From the NCBI RefSeq assembly GCF_029227855.1, contig NZ_CP074356.1: a stretch of DNA of 64,000 nucleotides; one strand, given 5' to 3'. Numbering within the stretch: the stretch's first letter is position 1; every line of letters begins with the position of its first letter. The notes under the pieces were generated by a model, which was given only the letters and a program-made list of their open reading frames with translations, was not told the origin of the DNA and did no database searches. Shown here in pieces: positions 32,865 to 46,280 of the stretch. A program made the position numbers and the translations under genes. Origin of the DNA: Escherichia coli. Lineage in GTDB: Bacteria; Pseudomonadota; Gammaproteobacteria; Enterobacterales; Enterobacteriaceae.

Positions 32865-33587
32865 ATGGGACGGAAACCCTTATATCGACAGATTGCCGAT
32901 CGCATTCGTGAGCAAATTGCGCGTGGCGAGCTAAAACCTGGCGATGCGTTACCTACCGAATCGGCATTGCAAACAAAGTTTGGCGTCAGCCGGGTTACGG
33001 TGCGTCAGGCTTTGCGCCAGCTAGTCGAGCAACAGATCCTCGAAAGCATTCAGGGCAGCGGGACTTACGTCAAAGAAGAGCGGGTCAATTACGATATTTT
33101 TCAGTTAACCAGTTTTGATGAAAAACTGTCGGACCGTCACGTCGATACACACAGTGAAGTTCTGATATTTGAAGTGATTCCGGCTGACGATTTTCTTCAG
33201 CAACAGCTACAAATCATCGCGCAGGATCGTGTGTGGCATGTGAAGCGCGTGCGCTATCGCAAGCAAAAGCCAATGGCGCTGGAAGAAACCTGGATGCCGC
33301 TTGCGTTGTTCCCGGATCTCACCTGGCAGGTTATGGAAAATTCGAAATATCACTTTATTGAAGAAGTGAAGAAAATGGTTATCGATCGTAGCGAACAGGA
33401 AATCATTCCTCTGATGCCAACCGAAGAGATGAGCCGTCTGCTTAATATCAGCCAGACTAAGCCGATTCTTGAAAAAGTATCGCGTGGATATTTAGTTGAT
33501 GGCCGGGTGTTTGAATATAGCCGCAACGCTTTTAATACTGATGACTATAAATTTACCCTGATAGCGCAGCGAAAATCATCGCGATAA
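32865..33587 (+). CDS. mngR: GntR-family repressor MngR
   Basis: 240 aa, N-terminal GntR HTH, UTRA C-terminal domain; divergent from mngA. Confidence 0.9.
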   Translation: MGRKPLYRQIADRIREQIARGELKPGDALPTESALQTKFGVSRVTVRQALRQLVEQQILESIQGSGTYVKEERVNYDIFQLTSFDEKLSDRHVDTHSEVLIFEVIPADDFLQQQLQIIAQDRVWHVKRVRYRKQKPMALEETWMPLALFPDLTWQVMENSKYHFIEEVKKMVIDRSEQEIIPLMPTEEMSRLLNISQTKPILEKVSRGYLVDGRVFEYSRNAFNTDDYKFTLIAQRKSSR

Positions 33588-33591
33588 GCAT

Positions 33592-33690
33592 AAAAAAGGC
33601 CATCATACGATGGCCAACCATGTCGAAACCGACAACCCTTCGCCATTCCTGTAGAGGGAAGCGGCGAGGGCTATTTCTTATTACAGATAT
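33592..33690 (-). ncRNA. sdhX: Candidate 3'UTR-derived sRNA SdhX (RybD) with intrinsic terminator
   Basis: Region immediately downstream of sucD on the minus strand ends in hairpin GGCCATCGTATGATGGCC plus U-run (complement of 33592-33615); position matches the known sdh-suc 3'UTR sRNA. Boundaries approximate. Confidence 0.45.
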
Positions 33691-34560
33691 TTATTTCAGA
33701 ACAGTTTTCAGTGCTTCACCGATATCCGCCAGGCTGCGAACGGTTTTCACGCCTGCGGCTTCCAGAGCAGCGAATTTCTCATCCGCAGTCCCTTTCCCAC
33801 CGGCAATGATGGCACCCGCGTGGCCCATACGTTTGCCTTTCGGCGCAGTTACACCAGCGATGTAACCTACAACTGGCTTGGTAACGTGCTCTTTGATGTA
33901 CGCAGCCGCTTCTTCTTCAGCACTACCGCCGATCTCACCGATCATCACGATCGCTTCGGTCTGCGGATCTTTTTCGAACATTTCGAGGATGTCGATAAAG
34001 TTAGAGCCAGGGATCGGGTCGCCGCCGATACCAACACAGGTCGACTGACCGAAACCGTAATCCGTGGTCTGTTTAACTGCTTCATAGGTCAGTGTACCGG
34101 AACGGGAAACGATACCCACTTTACCCGGTTTGTGAATGTGACCAGGCTGGATACCGATTTTGCATTCACCCGGAGTGATAACGCCTGGGCAGTTCGGGCC
34201 GATCATGCGAACGCCCGCTTCATCCAGTTTCACCTTCACGGTCAGCATATCCAGCGTCGGGATGCCTTCAGTGATGGTGATAATCAGTTTGATGCCTGCA
34301 TCAATAGCTTCCAGAATGGAGTCTTTGCAGAACGGTGCTGGTACGTAGATAACAGAAGCGGTAGCGCCAGTAGCAGCAACAGCTTCACGCACGGTGTTGA
34401 ACACCGGCAGGCCGAGGTGGGTGGTGCCGCCTTTACCTGGGGTTACGCCGCCAACCATTTTAGTGCCGTATGCAATGGCTTGTTCAGAGTGGAAAGTCCC
34501 CTGGCTACCGGTAAAGCCCTGGCAGATAACCTTGGTGTTTTTATCAATTAAAATGGACAT
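33691..34560 (-). CDS. sucD: Succinyl-CoA synthetase alpha subunit
   Basis: 289 aa, [24 protein letters not shown]. Confidence 0.97.
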
Positions 34561-35726
34561 TATTTCCCCTCCACTGCGGCAACAACCTGCTGAGCTGCAT
34601 CCGTCAGACCTTTTGCTGCAATAATATTCAGGCCGCTGTCAGCCAGTTTCTTCGCGCCGAGTTCGGCGTTGTTACCTTCCAGACGTACCACGACCGGTAC
34701 GTTAACACCCACTTCCGCTACCGCGCCGATGATACCGTCAGCGATCAGGTCGCAACGAACGATACCGCCGAAGATGTTAACCAGAACGGCTTTCACTTTG
34801 TCGTCAGATAGGATGATTTTGAACGCTTCGGTTACACGTTCTTTGGTTGCGCCGCCGCCAACGTCCAGGAAGTTAGCTGGTTCGCCGCCGTGCAGTTTAA
34901 CGATGTCCATCGTACCCATCGCCAGACCTGCGCCGTTAACCATACAACCGATGTTACCGTCCAGCGCAACGTAGTTCAGTTCCCACTGTGCAGCCTGTGC
35001 TTCACGCGGATCTTCCTGCGACTGGTCACGCATTTCGCGCAGATCAGGCTGGCGGAACAGTGCGTTGCCATCAGCGCCCAGTTTGCCGTCGAGGCAAATC
35101 AGATCGCCCTGTTTGGTGATGACCAGCGGGTTGATTTCGATCAGCGCCAGGTCGCGCTCCAGGAAAATGGTCGCCAGGCCCATGAAGATTTTGGTGAACT
35201 GCTGAACCAGTTTACCTTCCAGACCCAGTTTGAACGCCAGCTCGCGTCCCTGATATGGCATCGGGCCAGTCAGCGGATCAAGCGCAACTTTGTGGATCAG
35301 GTGCGGAGTTTCTTCCGCCACTTTTTCGATTTCCACGCCGCCTTCAGTGGAGGCCATAAAGACCACGCGACGGGAACTACGGTCTACAACGGCACCGAGA
35401 TACAGCTCTTTAGCGATATCGGTCGCCGCTTCAACCAGAATCTGGTTAACCGGTTGGCCATTGGCATCTGTTTGATACGTTACCAGACGCTTGCCCAGCC
35501 AGTTTTCTGCAAAAGCACGGATGTCTTCTTTGCTGTTTACAACTTTCACACCGCCCGCTTTACCGCGGCCACCAGCGTGAACCTGACATTTCACTACCCA
35601 CGGACCGGCACCGATTTTTGAAGCGGCTTCTTCTGCTTCGCGCGGAGTAGTACAGGCATAACCCACCGGTGCTGGTAAGCCATAGCGGGCAAAAAGTTGT
35701 TTTGCCTGATATTCATGTAAGTTCAT
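34560..35726 (-). CDS. sucC: Succinyl-CoA synthetase beta subunit
   Basis: 388 aa, [18 protein letters not shown]; 1 nt overlap with sucD. Confidence 0.97.
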
Positions 35727-35819
35727 GTGTTCTGTCCATCCTTCAGTAATCGTTATCTTTTAAACCGTAGACCGACACCCTATCCACGTCGGTCTACAGT
35801 GCAGGTGAAGCTTAAACTA

Positions 35820-37037
35820 CTACACGTCCAGCAGCAGACGCGTCGGATCTTCCAGCAACTCTTTGATCGTTACCAGGAAGCCCACGGATTCGCGACCATC
35901 GATCAGACGGTGATCGTAGGACAGCGCCAGGTACATCATCGGCAGGATCTCAACCTGACCATTCACCGCCATCGGACGATCTTTGATAGCGTGCATACCC
36001 AGAATTGCGCTCTGCGGCGGGTTGATGATCGGCGTAGACATCAGGGAACCGAACACACCACCGTTGGTGATGGTGAAGTTACCACCGGTCAGATCTTCAA
36101 CCGTCAGCTTGCCGTCACGGCCTTTAACTGCCAGCTCTTTGATTTTCTTCTCGATGTCTGCCATGCCTAGGGTATCGACATCACGCAGTATCGGCGTCAC
36201 CAGGCCGCGCGGCGTAGAAACCGCCATGCTGACGTCGAAATAGTTGTGGTAAACCACATCATCGCCGTCGATAGACGCGTTCACTTCCGGGTAACGTTTC
36301 AGGGCTTCAACCACCGCTTTCACGTAGAAGGACATAAAGCCCAGACGAATACCGTGACGTTTTTCAAACGCTTCACCGTACTGCTTACGCAGATCCATAA
36401 TCGGCTTCATGTTGACTTCGTTGAACGTGGTCAGCATAGCGGTGGAGTTTTTCGCTTCCAGCAGACGCTCTGCCACACGCTTACGCAGGCGAGTCATCGG
36501 CACACGTTTTTCGCTACGTGCAGCCAGAGCCGGTTGCGCCGCCGGAGCAGCCGCTGCCGGAGCAGACTCTTTCGCCGGGGCTTTCGCCAGATGTTTTTCC
36601 ACATCTTCACGAGTCAGACGACCACCCACACCGGTGCCTTTAATGGCGCTGGCGTCGAGGTTGTGTTCAGCCAGCAGGCGACGGATCGCCGGGCTTAACG
36701 CATCGTTGTTTTGCTCTTCCAGAGACGCCTGCTGGCGTTGCGCCGGAGTGGACGCTTTCTCTTCAGATTTGGCGCTGGTTTCTTTACCGGCGCTGTTGCC
36801 TTCACGCAGGCGACCAAGGATCTGACGAGACGTTACCGTTGTACCTTCATCTTCCAGAACCGCATCCAGAATGCCGTCTGCTGATGCCGGTACTTCCAGT
36901 ACCACTTTGTCAGTTTCGATTTCTACCAGCACTTCATCACGTACGACTGCGTCGCCGGGTTTTTTATGCCAGGTTGCGACGGTGGCATCGGCTACGGATT
37001 CAGGCAGGTCAGGGACCAGAATATCTACGCTACTCAT
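35820..37037 (-). CDS. sucB: 2-oxoglutarate dehydrogenase E2 (dihydrolipoyllysine succinyltransferase)
   Basis: 405 aa, lipoyl domain ([11 protein letters not shown]), Ala/Pro linker, catalytic domain. Confidence 0.97.
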   Translation of the reverse strand: MSSVDILVPDLPESVADATVATWHKKPGDAVVRDEVLVEIETDKVVLEVPASADGILDAVLEDEGTTVTSRQILGRLREGNSAGKETSAKSEEKASTPAQRQQASLEEQNNDALSPAIRRLLAEHNLDASAIKGTGVGGRLTREDVEKHLAKAPAKESAPAAAAPAAQPALAARSEKRVPMTRLRKRVAERLLEAKNSTAMLTTFNEVNMKPIMDLRKQYGEAFEKRHGIRLGFMSFYVKAVVEALKRYPEVNASIDGDDVVYHNYFDVSMAVSTPRGLVTPILRDVDTLGMADIEKKIKELAVKGRDGKLTVEDLTGGNFTITNGGVFGSLMSTPIINPPQSAILGMHAIKDRPMAVNGQVEILPMMYLALSYDHRLIDGRESVGFLVTIKELLEDPTRLLLDV

Positions 37038-37051
37038 TGTGTATCCTTTAT

Positions 37052-39853
37052 TTATTCGACGTTCAGCGCGTCATTAACCAGATCTTGTTGCTGTTTCTGG
37101 TGAACGGACATATACCCTACCGCCGGAGAGGCGGAGGCCGGGCGGCCTGCATAACGCAGAGAAGCCCCAAACGGAATCACTTCACGGAAATGATGCTGGC
37201 TGCAGTACCATGCGCCCTGGTTGAGCGGCTCTTCCTGGCACCAGACAAAATCCTTGACGTGAGCAAACTGCAGCAACACTTCCTGCATCGCTTTATGCGG
37301 GAACGGGTAGAGTTGCTCGATACGCACAATGGCGACATCGTGTTGATTGTTCTTACGACGTTGTTCCAGCAGGTCGTAATAAACCTTACCAGAACACATC
37401 ACTACGCGCTTCACGCCCTTCGGATCAAGCTCGTCGATTTCACCGATGGCTGGCAGGAAGGTGCCGTTCGCCAGTTCTTCGAGGCTGGATACCGCCAGCG
37501 GATGACGCAGCAGGGATTTCGGCGACATCACGACCAGTGGACGACGCATCCCGCGCAACGCCTGACGACGCAGCATGTGGTAAACCTGTGCCGGGGTAGA
37601 CGGTACGCACACCTGCATGTTTTGCTCAGCGCAAAGTTGCAGATAACGTTCCAGACGCGCGGAGGAGTGCTCCGGTCCCTGCCCTTCGTAACCGTGCGGC
37701 AGCAACATCACCAGGCCACACATCCGGCCCCATTTCTGCTCGCCAGAGGAGATGAACTGGTCGATAACCACCTGAGCACCGTTAGCGAAGTCACCGAACT
37801 GTGCTTCCCAGATAGTCAGAGTGCGTGGTTCTGCGGTGGCATAACCGTATTCAAACGCCAGCACTGCTTCTTCAGACAGTACGGAGTCCCAGACACGGAA
37901 CGCGCCCTGGCCGTTATGGATGTGTTGCAGCGGCGTGTAAGTGGAACCGTTAGACTGGTTGTGGATCACCGCGTGGCGGTGGAAGAAGGTACCGCGACCG
38001 GAGTCTTCACCCGACAGGCGAACCGGAATGCCTTCGTCAACCAGCGTGGCGTAAGCAAGGTTTTCCGCGCCGCCCCAGTCGAACAGTTTCTCACCGGCTG
38101 CCATCGCCTGGCGATCGCCATAAATCTTGGCAACGCGAGACTGCATTTCAACTGCTTCCGGCACCGTGCTGATGCGTTTAGCCAGTTCCTGCAGGCGCTT
38201 CATCTCAACTTTGTTCGGGTACTCTTCGTCCCATTCGTGGTTGAGGTACGGCGACCAGGTGAAAGAGTGCATGTTCATCGGACGCCACTCTGCCACTACG
38301 CAATCGCCAGCATCCAGCGCATCGCGGTACAGGTTAACCATCTCGGTGGCATCTTCCAGCGTCGCGACTTTTTCCTGCTCCAGCTTGTCAGCGTAGATTT
38401 TGCGCGGCGTCGGATGTTTTTTGATTTTCTGATACATCAGCGGCTGGGTTGCGCTCGGCTCGTCGGCTTCGTTGTGGCCGTGACGGCGGTAGCATACCAG
38501 GTCGATAAAGACATCACGTTTAAAGGTGTTACGGAAATCGAGCGCCAGACGGGTCACAAAAGCAACGGCTTCCGGATCATCCGCGTTTACGTGGAAAATC
38601 GGTGCCTGAACCATCTTACCGATATCAGTACAGTACGGTGTAGAACGAGCATCCAGCGGATTAGAGGTGGTGAAGCCAACCTGGTTGTTGATAACGATAC
38701 GTACCGTACCGCCAACTTCATAACCACGCGCTTTCGACATGTTCAGGGTTTCCTGAACTACGCCCTGCCCGGTCACTGCGGCGTCACCGTGGATGGTGAT
38801 TGGCAGCACTTTGTTGCTGCTCGGCTCATCGAGTCTGTCCAGACGGGCACGAACAGAACCGATAACTACCGGGCTGACAATCTCAAGGTGAGACGGGTTA
38901 AACGCCAGCGCCAGATGCACCAGGCCGCCATCGGTCTGGAAGTCAGACGAGAAGCCCATGTGGTATTTCACGTCACCCGTGCCGAGGTGTTCTTTATGTT
39001 TACCGGCAAACTCGTCGAACAAGTCTTGCGGTTTTTTACCCAGCACGTTCACCAGCACGTTCAGACGACCACGGTGCGCCATCCCGAGAACCACTTCACG
39101 GGTGCCGCTGTTGCCAGCGTGGCGGATCATCTCTTTAAGCATCGGGATTAACGCGTCACCGCCTTCCAGCGAGAAGCGTTTTGCGCCAGGGAATTTTGCA
39201 CCGAGGTAACGTTCAAGGCCTTCAGCGGCGGTCAGTTCGCTTAAGAAGCGTTTTTTCTCTTCGCTATTGAAAGTCGCGCGACCAGACTCGATACGCTGTT
39301 GGATCCAGCGTTTTTCTTCGGTGCTGGTAATGTGCATATACTCGGCACCAATCGGGCCGCAGTAGGTTTGCTTGAGGGCTTCCAGCAGCTCGCCGAGTTT
39401 CATGGTTTCTTTGCCGCTGGCAAATGAACCGACGTTGAAGGTCTCCTGGAAGTCTGCTTCGGTCAGATCGTGGAAAGACGGATCCAGATCGGCCACTTTA
39501 TCTTGCTGCCACAGTCCCAGCGGATCGAGATTCGCATGCTGGTGACCACGGAAGCGGTATGCGTTAATGAGCTGCAGGACTTTAACCTGCTTCACATTGG
39601 TGTCAGGGTCGGAGATCGTTGAAGAGTAACGTGAAGCGTCTTTCGCCAGGCGGCGGAAATATTCACGCGTTTGAGAGTGGAATTGATCCGGTTTGACTCC
39701 CGTACCAGGTAACTGCTGGAACGTCGAACGCCAGTTAGCGTCAACCGAGTCAGGATCGGTTAAGAAGTCTTCATAGAGCTGTTCTATCCAGCTCTGGTTT
39801 GCGCCAGAGAGGTAAGAAGAGTCCAACCAGGCTTTCAAAGCGCTGTTCTGCAT
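37052..39853 (-). CDS. sucA: 2-oxoglutarate dehydrogenase E1 component
   Basis: 933 aa, [30 protein letters not shown]. Confidence 0.97.
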   Translation of the reverse strand: MQNSALKAWLDSSYLSGANQSWIEQLYEDFLTDPDSVDANWRSTFQQLPGTGVKPDQFHSQTREYFRRLAKDASRYSSTISDPDTNVKQVKVLQLINAYRFRGHQHANLDPLGLWQQDKVADLDPSFHDLTEADFQETFNVGSFASGKETMKLGELLEALKQTYCGPIGAEYMHITSTEEKRWIQQRIESGRATFNSEEKKRFLSELTAAEGLERYLGAKFPGAKRFSLEGGDALIPMLKEMIRHAGNSGTREVVLGMAHRGRLNVLVNVLGKKPQDLFDEFAGKHKEHLGTGDVKYHMGFSSDFQTDGGLVHLALAFNPSHLEIVSPVVIGSVRARLDRLDEPSSNKVLPITIHGDAAVTGQGVVQETLNMSKARGYEVGGTVRIVINNQVGFTTSNPLDARSTPYCTDIGKMVQAPIFHVNADDPEAVAFVTRLALDFRNTFKRDVFIDLVCYRRHGHNEADEPSATQPLMYQKIKKHPTPRKIYADKLEQEKVATLEDATEMVNLYRDALDAGDCVVAEWRPMNMHSFTWSPYLNHEWDEEYPNKVEMKRLQELAKRISTVPEAVEMQSRVAKIYGDRQAMAAGEKLFDWGGAENLAYATLVDEGIPVRLSGEDSGRGTFFHRHAVIHNQSNGSTYTPLQHIHNGQGAFRVWDSVLSEEAVLAFEYGYATAEPRTLTIWEAQFGDFANGAQVVIDQFISSGEQKWGRMCGLVMLLPHGYEGQGPEHSSARLERYLQLCAEQNMQVCVPSTPAQVYHMLRRQALRGMRRPLVVMSPKSLLRHPLAVSSLEELANGTFLPAIGEIDELDPKGVKRVVMCSGKVYYDLLEQRRKNNQHDVAIVRIEQLYPFPHKAMQEVLLQFAHVKDFVWCQEEPLNQGAWYCSQHHFREVIPFGASLRYAGRPASASPAVGYMSVHQKQQQDLVNDALNVE

Positions 39854-40053
39854 CGTGATCCCTTAAGCATCTTTTTTATGCTTACTTCGCCGTGGATACT
39901 ACCACGCACAGTGATGTGCGTGCCGGGGTTCACTTGCGAGCTCTTGTCTACGTAGTGGCTCGCGAAGGAACCTTTAAAAACTGTCTTAGTGTCAGGGGCA
40001 GTTTTTAAAGATTTCCTGAATAGCCGGGGGATTTCCCCGGCATCAACATTTAA

Positions 40054-40770
40054 TTACGCATTACGTTGCAACAACATCGACTTGATATGGCCGATGGCGC
40101 GCGTCGGGTTCAGCCCCTTCGGACATACACTGACGCAGTTCATGATGCTGTGACAGCGGAATACACTGAATGCATCGCTCAAACCGTCGAGGCGGCTGTC
40201 AGTCTCGGTATCACGGCTATCGATCAGGAAACGATATGCCGCTAACAAGCCTGCCGGGCCGATAAACTTATCGGGATTCCACCAGAAAGACGGACAAGAG
40301 GTTGAACAACATGCGCAGAGAATACATTCATACAACCCGTCGAGTTTTTCGCGCTGCTCTGGCATCTGTAAATGCTCGCGAGCTGGCGGATTTTGTCCAT
40401 TATTCAACAGGTAAGGCTTAATTTTCTCATATTGCGCATAGAATTGTCCCATGTCTACCACCAAATCGCGGATCACCGGTAAACCTGGCAGCGGGCGAAT
40501 CACAATCTTCTTGCCCGGCTGGTTGAGTGCCGAAATCGGGGTAATACAGGCCAGACCATTCTTGCCGTTCATGTTCAGACCGTCGGAACCGCACACACCT
40601 TCACGACAGGAGCGACGGAACGACAGGCTGGGATCTTTCTCTTTCAGCTGGATAAGCGCATCCAGCAGCATCATGTCGCGACCTTCTTCCGCTTCCAGGG
40701 TGTAATCCTGCATACGCGGAGCATCATCAACATCCGGGTTATAGCGATAAATTGAAAACTCGAGTCTCAT
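40054..40770 (-). CDS. sdhB: Succinate dehydrogenase iron-sulfur subunit
   Basis: 238 aa with three Cys clusters for the Fe-S centres. Confidence 0.97.
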   Translation of the reverse strand: MRLEFSIYRYNPDVDDAPRMQDYTLEAEEGRDMMLLDALIQLKEKDPSLSFRRSCREGVCGSDGLNMNGKNGLACITPISALNQPGKKIVIRPLPGLPVIRDLVVDMGQFYAQYEKIKPYLLNNGQNPPAREHLQMPEQREKLDGLYECILCACCSTSCPSFWWNPDKFIGPAGLLAAYRFLIDSRDTETDSRLDGLSDAFSVFRCHSIMNCVSVCPKGLNPTRAIGHIKSMLLQRNA

Positions 40771-40785
40771 TTTCCTGTCTCCGCA

Positions 40786-42552
40786 TTAGTAAGTACGAAT
40801 CTTCGGCGGGAATGCCGGGCGCAGTTTCGGTTCCATGTTGACGCTTCGGCGCGTCATGGATTCCGACTCTGGCAGATACAGGGAGTGGCACAGCCAGTTT
40901 TCATCATCACGATCCGGGAAGTCGAAGCGGCTATGCGCGCCGCGGCTTTCGGTACGGAAGTTGGCAGAAACAGCCGTTGCATACGCCGTTTCCATCAGGT
41001 TATCCAGTTCCAGGCACTCAACACGCTGGGTGTTGAACTCGCTGGAAGTGTCATCCAGACGGGCATTTTTCAGACGCTCACGGATCACTTTCAACTGCTC
41101 AAGCCCTTTCGCCATCGCATCACCTTCACGGAAGACCGAGAAGTTATGCTGCATACATTCTTGCAGTGCTTTACGGATCGCCACCGGATCTTCACCGTTA
41201 CGGTTGTTGTTCCAGCGGTTCAGGCGATCCAGAGACGCTTCTACATCAGACTCGCTGGCATCGCGCAGTGCGCCCTGCTCGGCGATAGACTCTTGCAGAT
41301 GCAGACCCGCTGCGCGACCAAAGACCACCAGGTCCAGCAGCGAGTTGCCGCCCAGACGGTTAGCGCCGTGTACCGATACACAAGCGATTTCACCAACGGC
41401 AAACAGCCCCGGAACAACCACATCTTCGCCTTTCTCATTCACGGTCAGCGCCTGACCGGTCACTTTGGTCGGAATACCGCCCATCATGTAGTGACAGGTT
41501 GGGATAACCGGGATCGGCTCTTTCACCGGATCAACGTGAGCGAAGGTACGGGAGAGTTCCAGAATACCCGGCAGACGGGATTCGAGAACTTCTTTACCCA
41601 GGTGGTCAAGTTTCAGTTTCGCGTGTGGCCCCCACGGACCATCACAGCCGCGACCTTCACGGATTTCAATCATGATGGAACGCGCCACCACGTCACGGCC
41701 CGCCAGGTCTTTGGCGTTCGGCGCATAACGCTCCATAAAGCGTTCGCCATGTTTGTTCAGCAGATAACCGCCTTCACCACGGCAACCTTCGGTGACCAGT
41801 ACGCCCGCTCCTGCAATGCCGGTCGGGTGGAACTGCCACATTTCCATATCCTGCACTGGTACGCCTGCACGGATAGCCATGCCGACGCCGTCGCCAGTGT
41901 TAATGTGGGCGTTGGTAGTGGACTGATAAATACGCCCTGCCCCGCCAGTCGCCAGCACGGTAGCGCGGGCTTTGAAATAAACCACTTCACCAGTTTCGAT
42001 GCACAGTGCGGTACAACCGACCACCGCGCCATCCTGGTTTTTCACCAGATCCAGCGCATACCACTCGGAGAAAATGGTGGTGTGGTTTTTCAGGTTCTGC
42101 TGATAAAGGGTGTGCAACAGTGCGTGACCGGTACGGTCAGCAGCCGCCGCAGTACGTGCCGCCTGCTCGCCGCCGAAGTTTTTCGACTGACCGCCAAACG
42201 GACGTTGATAGATACGACCATCATCAAGACGCGAGAACGGCAGACCCATATGTTCCAGTTCCAGAATCGCTTCCGGCCCGGTTTTACACATATATTCAAT
42301 CGCGTCCTGGTCACCGATATAGTCCGAACCTTTTACGGTGTCGTACATATGCCATTCCCAGTTATCTTCATGGGTATTACCCAGCGCAACGGTAATGCCG
42401 CCTTGCGCAGAAACGGTATGGGAACGGGTCGGGAAGACTTTAGAGAGCAGCGCACAGGTCTGACCGCTCTGGGAAATTTGCAGCGCCGCGCGCATACCTG
42501 CGCCACCGGCACCAATCACAACTGCATCAAATTCTCTGACTGGCAATTTCAT
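40786..42552 (-). CDS. sdhA: Succinate dehydrogenase flavoprotein subunit
   Basis: Starts [24 protein letters not shown] (FAD-binding), about 588 aa; internal ATG used instead of the longer track ORF. Confidence 0.97.
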   Translation of the reverse strand: MKLPVREFDAVVIGAGGAGMRAALQISQSGQTCALLSKVFPTRSHTVSAQGGITVALGNTHEDNWEWHMYDTVKGSDYIGDQDAIEYMCKTGPEAILELEHMGLPFSRLDDGRIYQRPFGGQSKNFGGEQAARTAAAADRTGHALLHTLYQQNLKNHTTIFSEWYALDLVKNQDGAVVGCTALCIETGEVVYFKARATVLATGGAGRIYQSTTNAHINTGDGVGMAIRAGVPVQDMEMWQFHPTGIAGAGVLVTEGCRGEGGYLLNKHGERFMERYAPNAKDLAGRDVVARSIMIEIREGRGCDGPWGPHAKLKLDHLGKEVLESRLPGILELSRTFAHVDPVKEPIPVIPTCHYMMGGIPTKVTGQALTVNEKGEDVVVPGLFAVGEIACVSVHGANRLGGNSLLDLVVFGRAAGLHLQESIAEQGALRDASESDVEASLDRLNRWNNNRNGEDPVAIRKALQECMQHNFSVFREGDAMAKGLEQLKVIRERLKNARLDDTSSEFNTQRVECLELDNLMETAYATAVSANFRTESRGAHSRFDFPDRDDENWLCHSLYLPESESMTRRSVNMEPKLRPAFPPKIRTY

Positions 42553-42899
42553 CACACACCCCACACCACAACGAATCCATAAATCACGTAAACCACCAGA
42601 GCAACGACAATCACCAGTTGCAGCATCAGGCGCAAGGCCAGCGGTTTAACGTAGTCGGTCAACACCTGCCACATGCCGATCCAGGCATGGATCAAGATAG
42701 AAAACAGCGCCAGCAGGGTGAACACTTTGGTGAACGCAGAGGCGAAGAAACCGATCCAGACTTCATATGTCAGCTCGCCACTGGTAGCGAAAAAACCGAC
42801 CATATAAATGATGTAGAGCGTCAGGACGATAGCGGTAGCGCGAACGAGGATGAAATCATGTACGCCATTGCGTCCTAATGCGGAGGCGTTGCTTACCAT
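42552..42899 (-). CDS. sdhD: Succinate dehydrogenase membrane anchor subunit
   Basis: 115 aa hydrophobic; overlaps the sdhA start. Confidence 0.95.
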
Positions 42900-43282
42900 A
42901 CGAGGACTCCTGCGAGAAGTGAAAGCACGACAGTAATAACAAAGGAGATTTTGGCGGAGCGTTTACCCGCTTCGAATGTTTCTTCCAGATAGCCAAAATC
43001 CATCATCATGTGGCGAATACCTACGACGACGTGATACGCCAGAGCGGTAAGGATGCCCCACATGATAAATTTGACGAAGAAGCTGCCCATAATCGCGGAA
43101 GCTTGCTCGAAACCTTCAGGGGAAGAGAGGCTGGTACCCAGAAGCCACAGCAGGATGCCCACTGCAACAAAGGTGATCACACCGGAAACGCGATGGAGAA
43201 TGGACGCTATCGCCGTGATGGGGAACCGGATGGTCTGTAGGTCCAGATTAACAGGTCTTTGTTTTTTCACATTTCTTATCAT
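42893..43282 (-). CDS. sdhC: Succinate dehydrogenase cytochrome b556 subunit
   Basis: Starts [21 protein letters not shown], about 129 aa. Confidence 0.95.
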
Positions 43283-43990
43283 GAATAACGCCCACATGCT
43301 GTTCTTATTATTCCCTGGGGACTACGGGCACAGAGGTTAACTTTCTGTTACCTGGAGACGTCGGGATTTCCTTCCTCCGGTCTGCTTGCGGGTCAGACAG
43401 CGTCCTTTCTATAACTGCGCGTCATGCAAAACACTGCTTCCAGATGCGAAAACGACACGTTACAACGCTGGGTGGCTCGGGATTGCAGGGTGTTCCGGAG
43501 ACCTGGCGGCAGTATAGGCCGTTCACAAAATCATTACAATTAACCTACATATAGTTTGTCGGGTTTTATCCTGAACAGTGATCCAGGTCACGATAACAAC
43601 ATTTATTTAATTTTTAATCATCTAATTTGACAATCATTCAACAAAGTTGTTACAAACATTACCAGGAAAAGCATATAATGCGTAAAAGTTATGAAGTCGG
43701 TATTTCACCTAAGATTAACTTATGTAACAGTGTGGAAGTATTGACCAATTCATTCGGGACAGTTATTAGTGGTAGACAAGTTTAATAATTCGGATTGCTA
43801 AGTACTTGATTCGCCATTTATTCGTCATCAATGGATCCTTTACCTGCAAGCGCCCAGAGCTCTGTACCCAGGTTTTCCCCTCTTTCACAGAGCGGCGAGC
43901 CAAATAACAAACGGGTAAAGCCAGGTTGATGTGCGAAGGCAAATTTAAGTTCCGGCAGTCTTACGCAATAAGGCGCTAAGGAGACCTTAA
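43283..43990. promoter_or_regulatory. Divergent sdhC / gltA promoter-regulatory region
   Basis: About 0.7 kb AT-rich non-coding region between divergently transcribed sdhCDAB and gltA; individual sites not resolved here. Confidence 0.6.
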
Positions 43991-45274
43991 ATGGCTGATA
44001 CAAAAGCAAAACTCACCCTCAACGGGGACACAGCTGTTGAACTGGATGTGCTGAAAGGCACGCTGGGTCAAGATGTTATTGATATCCGTACTCTCGGTTC
44101 AAAAGGTGTGTTCACCTTTGACCCTGGCTTCACTTCAACCGCATCCTGCGAATCTAAAATTACTTTTATTGATGGTGATGAAGGTATTTTGCTGCACCGC
44201 GGTTTCCCGATCGATCAGCTGGCGACCGATTCTAACTACCTGGAAGTTTGTTACATCCTGCTGAATGGTGAAAAACCGACTCAGGAACAGTATGACGAAT
44301 TTAAAACTACGGTGACCCGTCATACCATGATCCACGAACAGATTACCCGTCTGTTCCATGCTTTCCGTCGCGACTCGCATCCAATGGCAGTCATGTGTGG
44401 TATTACCGGCGCGCTGGCGGCGTTCTATCACGACTCGCTGGATGTTAACAATCCTCGTCATCGTGAAATTGCCGCGTTCCGCCTGCTGTCGAAAATGCCG
44501 ACCATGGCCGCGATGTGTTACAAGTATTCCATTGGTCAGCCATTTGTTTACCCGCGCAACGATCTCTCCTATGCTGGTAACTTCCTGAATATGATGTTCT
44601 CCACGCCGTGCGAACCGTATGAAGTTAATCCGATTCTGGAACGTGCTATGGACCGTATTTTGATCCTGCACGCTGACCATGAACAGAACGCCTCCACCTC
44701 CACCGTGCGTACCGCTGGCTCTTCGGGGGCGAACCCGTTTGCCTGTATCGCAGCAGGTATTGCTTCACTGTGGGGACCTGCGCACGGTGGTGCTAACGAA
44801 GCGGCGCTGAAAATGCTGGAAGAAATCAGCTCCGTTAAACACATTCCGGAATTTGTTCGTCGTGCGAAAGACAAAAATGACTCTTTCCGCCTGATGGGCT
44901 TCGGGCACCGCGTGTACAAAAATTACGACCCGCGCGCCACCGTAATGCGTGAAACCTGCCATGAAGTGCTGAAAGAGCTGGGTACCAAAGATGACCTGCT
45001 GGAAGTGGCTATGGAGCTGGAAAACATCGCGCTGAACGACCCGTACTTTATCGAGAAGAAACTCTACCCGAACGTCGATTTCTACTCTGGTATCATCCTG
45101 AAAGCGATGGGTATTCCGTCTTCTATGTTCACCGTGATCTTCGCTATGGCACGTACCGTTGGCTGGATCGCCCACTGGAGCGAAATGCACAGTGACGGTA
45201 TGAAGATTGCCCGTCCGCGTCAACTGTATACAGGATATGAAAAACGCGACTTTAAAAGCGACATTAAGCGTTAA
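43991..45274 (+). CDS. gltA: Citrate synthase (type II)
   Basis: 427 aa, [36 protein letters not shown]. Confidence 0.97.
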   Translation: MADTKAKLTLNGDTAVELDVLKGTLGQDVIDIRTLGSKGVFTFDPGFTSTASCESKITFIDGDEGILLHRGFPIDQLATDSNYLEVCYILLNGEKPTQEQYDEFKTTVTRHTMIHEQITRLFHAFRRDSHPMAVMCGITGALAAFYHDSLDVNNPRHREIAAFRLLSKMPTMAAMCYKYSIGQPFVYPRNDLSYAGNFLNMMFSTPCEPYEVNPILERAMDRILILHADHEQNASTSTVRTAGSSGANPFACIAAGIASLWGPAHGGANEAALKMLEEISSVKHIPEFVRRAKDKNDSFRLMGFGHRVYKNYDPRATVMRETCHEVLKELGTKDDLLEVAMELENIALNDPYFIEKKLYPNVDFYSGIILKAMGIPSSMFTVIFAMARTVGWIAHWSEMHSDGMKIARPRQLYTGYEKRDFKSDIKR

Positions 45275-45303
45275 TGGTTGATTGCTAAGCCGTTTACTTT
45301 CCG

Positions 45304-45335
45304 GACCCGCCTTTAATAGAGCGGGTTCTTTTTTA
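45304..45335 (+). terminator. Rho-independent terminator of gltA
   Basis: GACCCGC-ctttaatagagc-GCGGGTT then cttttttat. Confidence 0.7.
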
Positions 45336-45663
45336 TATGGCTGAACATAATAAATTGTAAAAATTAAACCAGATGCAAATACCCATTAATAAGGTGAAAA
45401 AATGTGACAAGTCACATACTGAGCAGAATGATAAGTTTATTTTTATACTTTCCTGCCGGTAGCATTGTTAACCCAATGAAAATTATGCATATCCATCCCA
45501 CCCCATCTTTCATCTCATTAAACAATAAATTTATGCACTCAATTATTCCATTCTTTATATAACAAGCTTTTTAATATTGTTAAATAAAACCAAATACATT
45601 CAACTGTCAGTTAATATATTCTTGCCTCGCAACACTCTATCTCATTATTTAAAGGACTCAGCT

Positions 45664-46230
45664 ATGTTTAAAGGACAAAAAACATTGGCCGCACTGGCCA
45701 TATCTCTGCTATTCACAGCACCTGTTTATGCGGCTGATGAAGGATCCGGTGAAATTCACTTTAAAGGTGAAGTTATTGAAGCACCGTGTGAAATACATCA
45801 GGATGATATTGATAAAGAGGTTGAACTCGGTCAGGTGACCACCAGCCACATTAATCAGTCACATCACAGCGATGCCGTTGCTGTCGACCTGCGCTTAGTC
45901 AACTGCGATTTGGAAAACTCCAACAACGGTTCCGGCGGCAAGATTTTTAAAGTTTCAGTCACCTTTGACAGCTCAGCGAAAACCACCGGCGCAGATCCGA
46001 TTCTCAACAACACCAGCACGGGTGAAGCGACCGGTGTCGGCGTGCGTTTAATGAATAAAGATCAAAGCAATATCGTTTTAGGCACCGCTACTCCAGATAT
46101 CGACCTGGCACCAACCTCCAGCGAACAAACGTTAAATTTCTTTGCGTGGATGGAACAAATTGATCAGGCTACGCCCGTAACACCAGGCGCAGTTACGGCG
46201 AATGCGACCTACGTACTGGATTATAAATAA
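45664..46230 (+). CDS. ybgD: Fimbrial major subunit-like protein (cryptic chaperone-usher fimbriae)
   Basis: 188 aa, signal peptide MFKGQKTLAALAISLLFTAPVYA, pilin-like size, C-terminal aromatic residue; RBS upstream of ATG 45664. Confidence 0.85.
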   Translation: MFKGQKTLAALAISLLFTAPVYAADEGSGEIHFKGEVIEAPCEIHQDDIDKEVELGQVTTSHINQSHHSDAVAVDLRLVNCDLENSNNGSGGKIFKVSVTFDSSAKTTGADPILNNTSTGEATGVGVRLMNKDQSNIVLGTATPDIDLAPTSSEQTLNFFAWMEQIDQATPVTPGAVTANATYVLDYK

Positions 46231-46280
46231 GTATCACTTTGGCGGCGTCATCGCCGCCTTTCTTCAAATATTTATCAGGT

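Noticed and set aside
35767-35797. Inverted repeat GTAGACCGAC...GTCGGTCTAC in the sucB-sucC intergenic region
   Set aside because: Probably the known intra-operon stem-loop or REP-like element of the suc operon; nothing unusual.
36839-39151. 770 aa plus-strand ORF
   Set aside because: Antisense to sucA; a long stop-free frame in a GC-rich highly expressed gene, with a Arg/His-rich nonsense composition.
40885-42582. 565 aa plus-strand ORF and neighbouring 206 aa ORF
   Set aside because: Antisense to sdhA, which is unambiguous; no independent signals.
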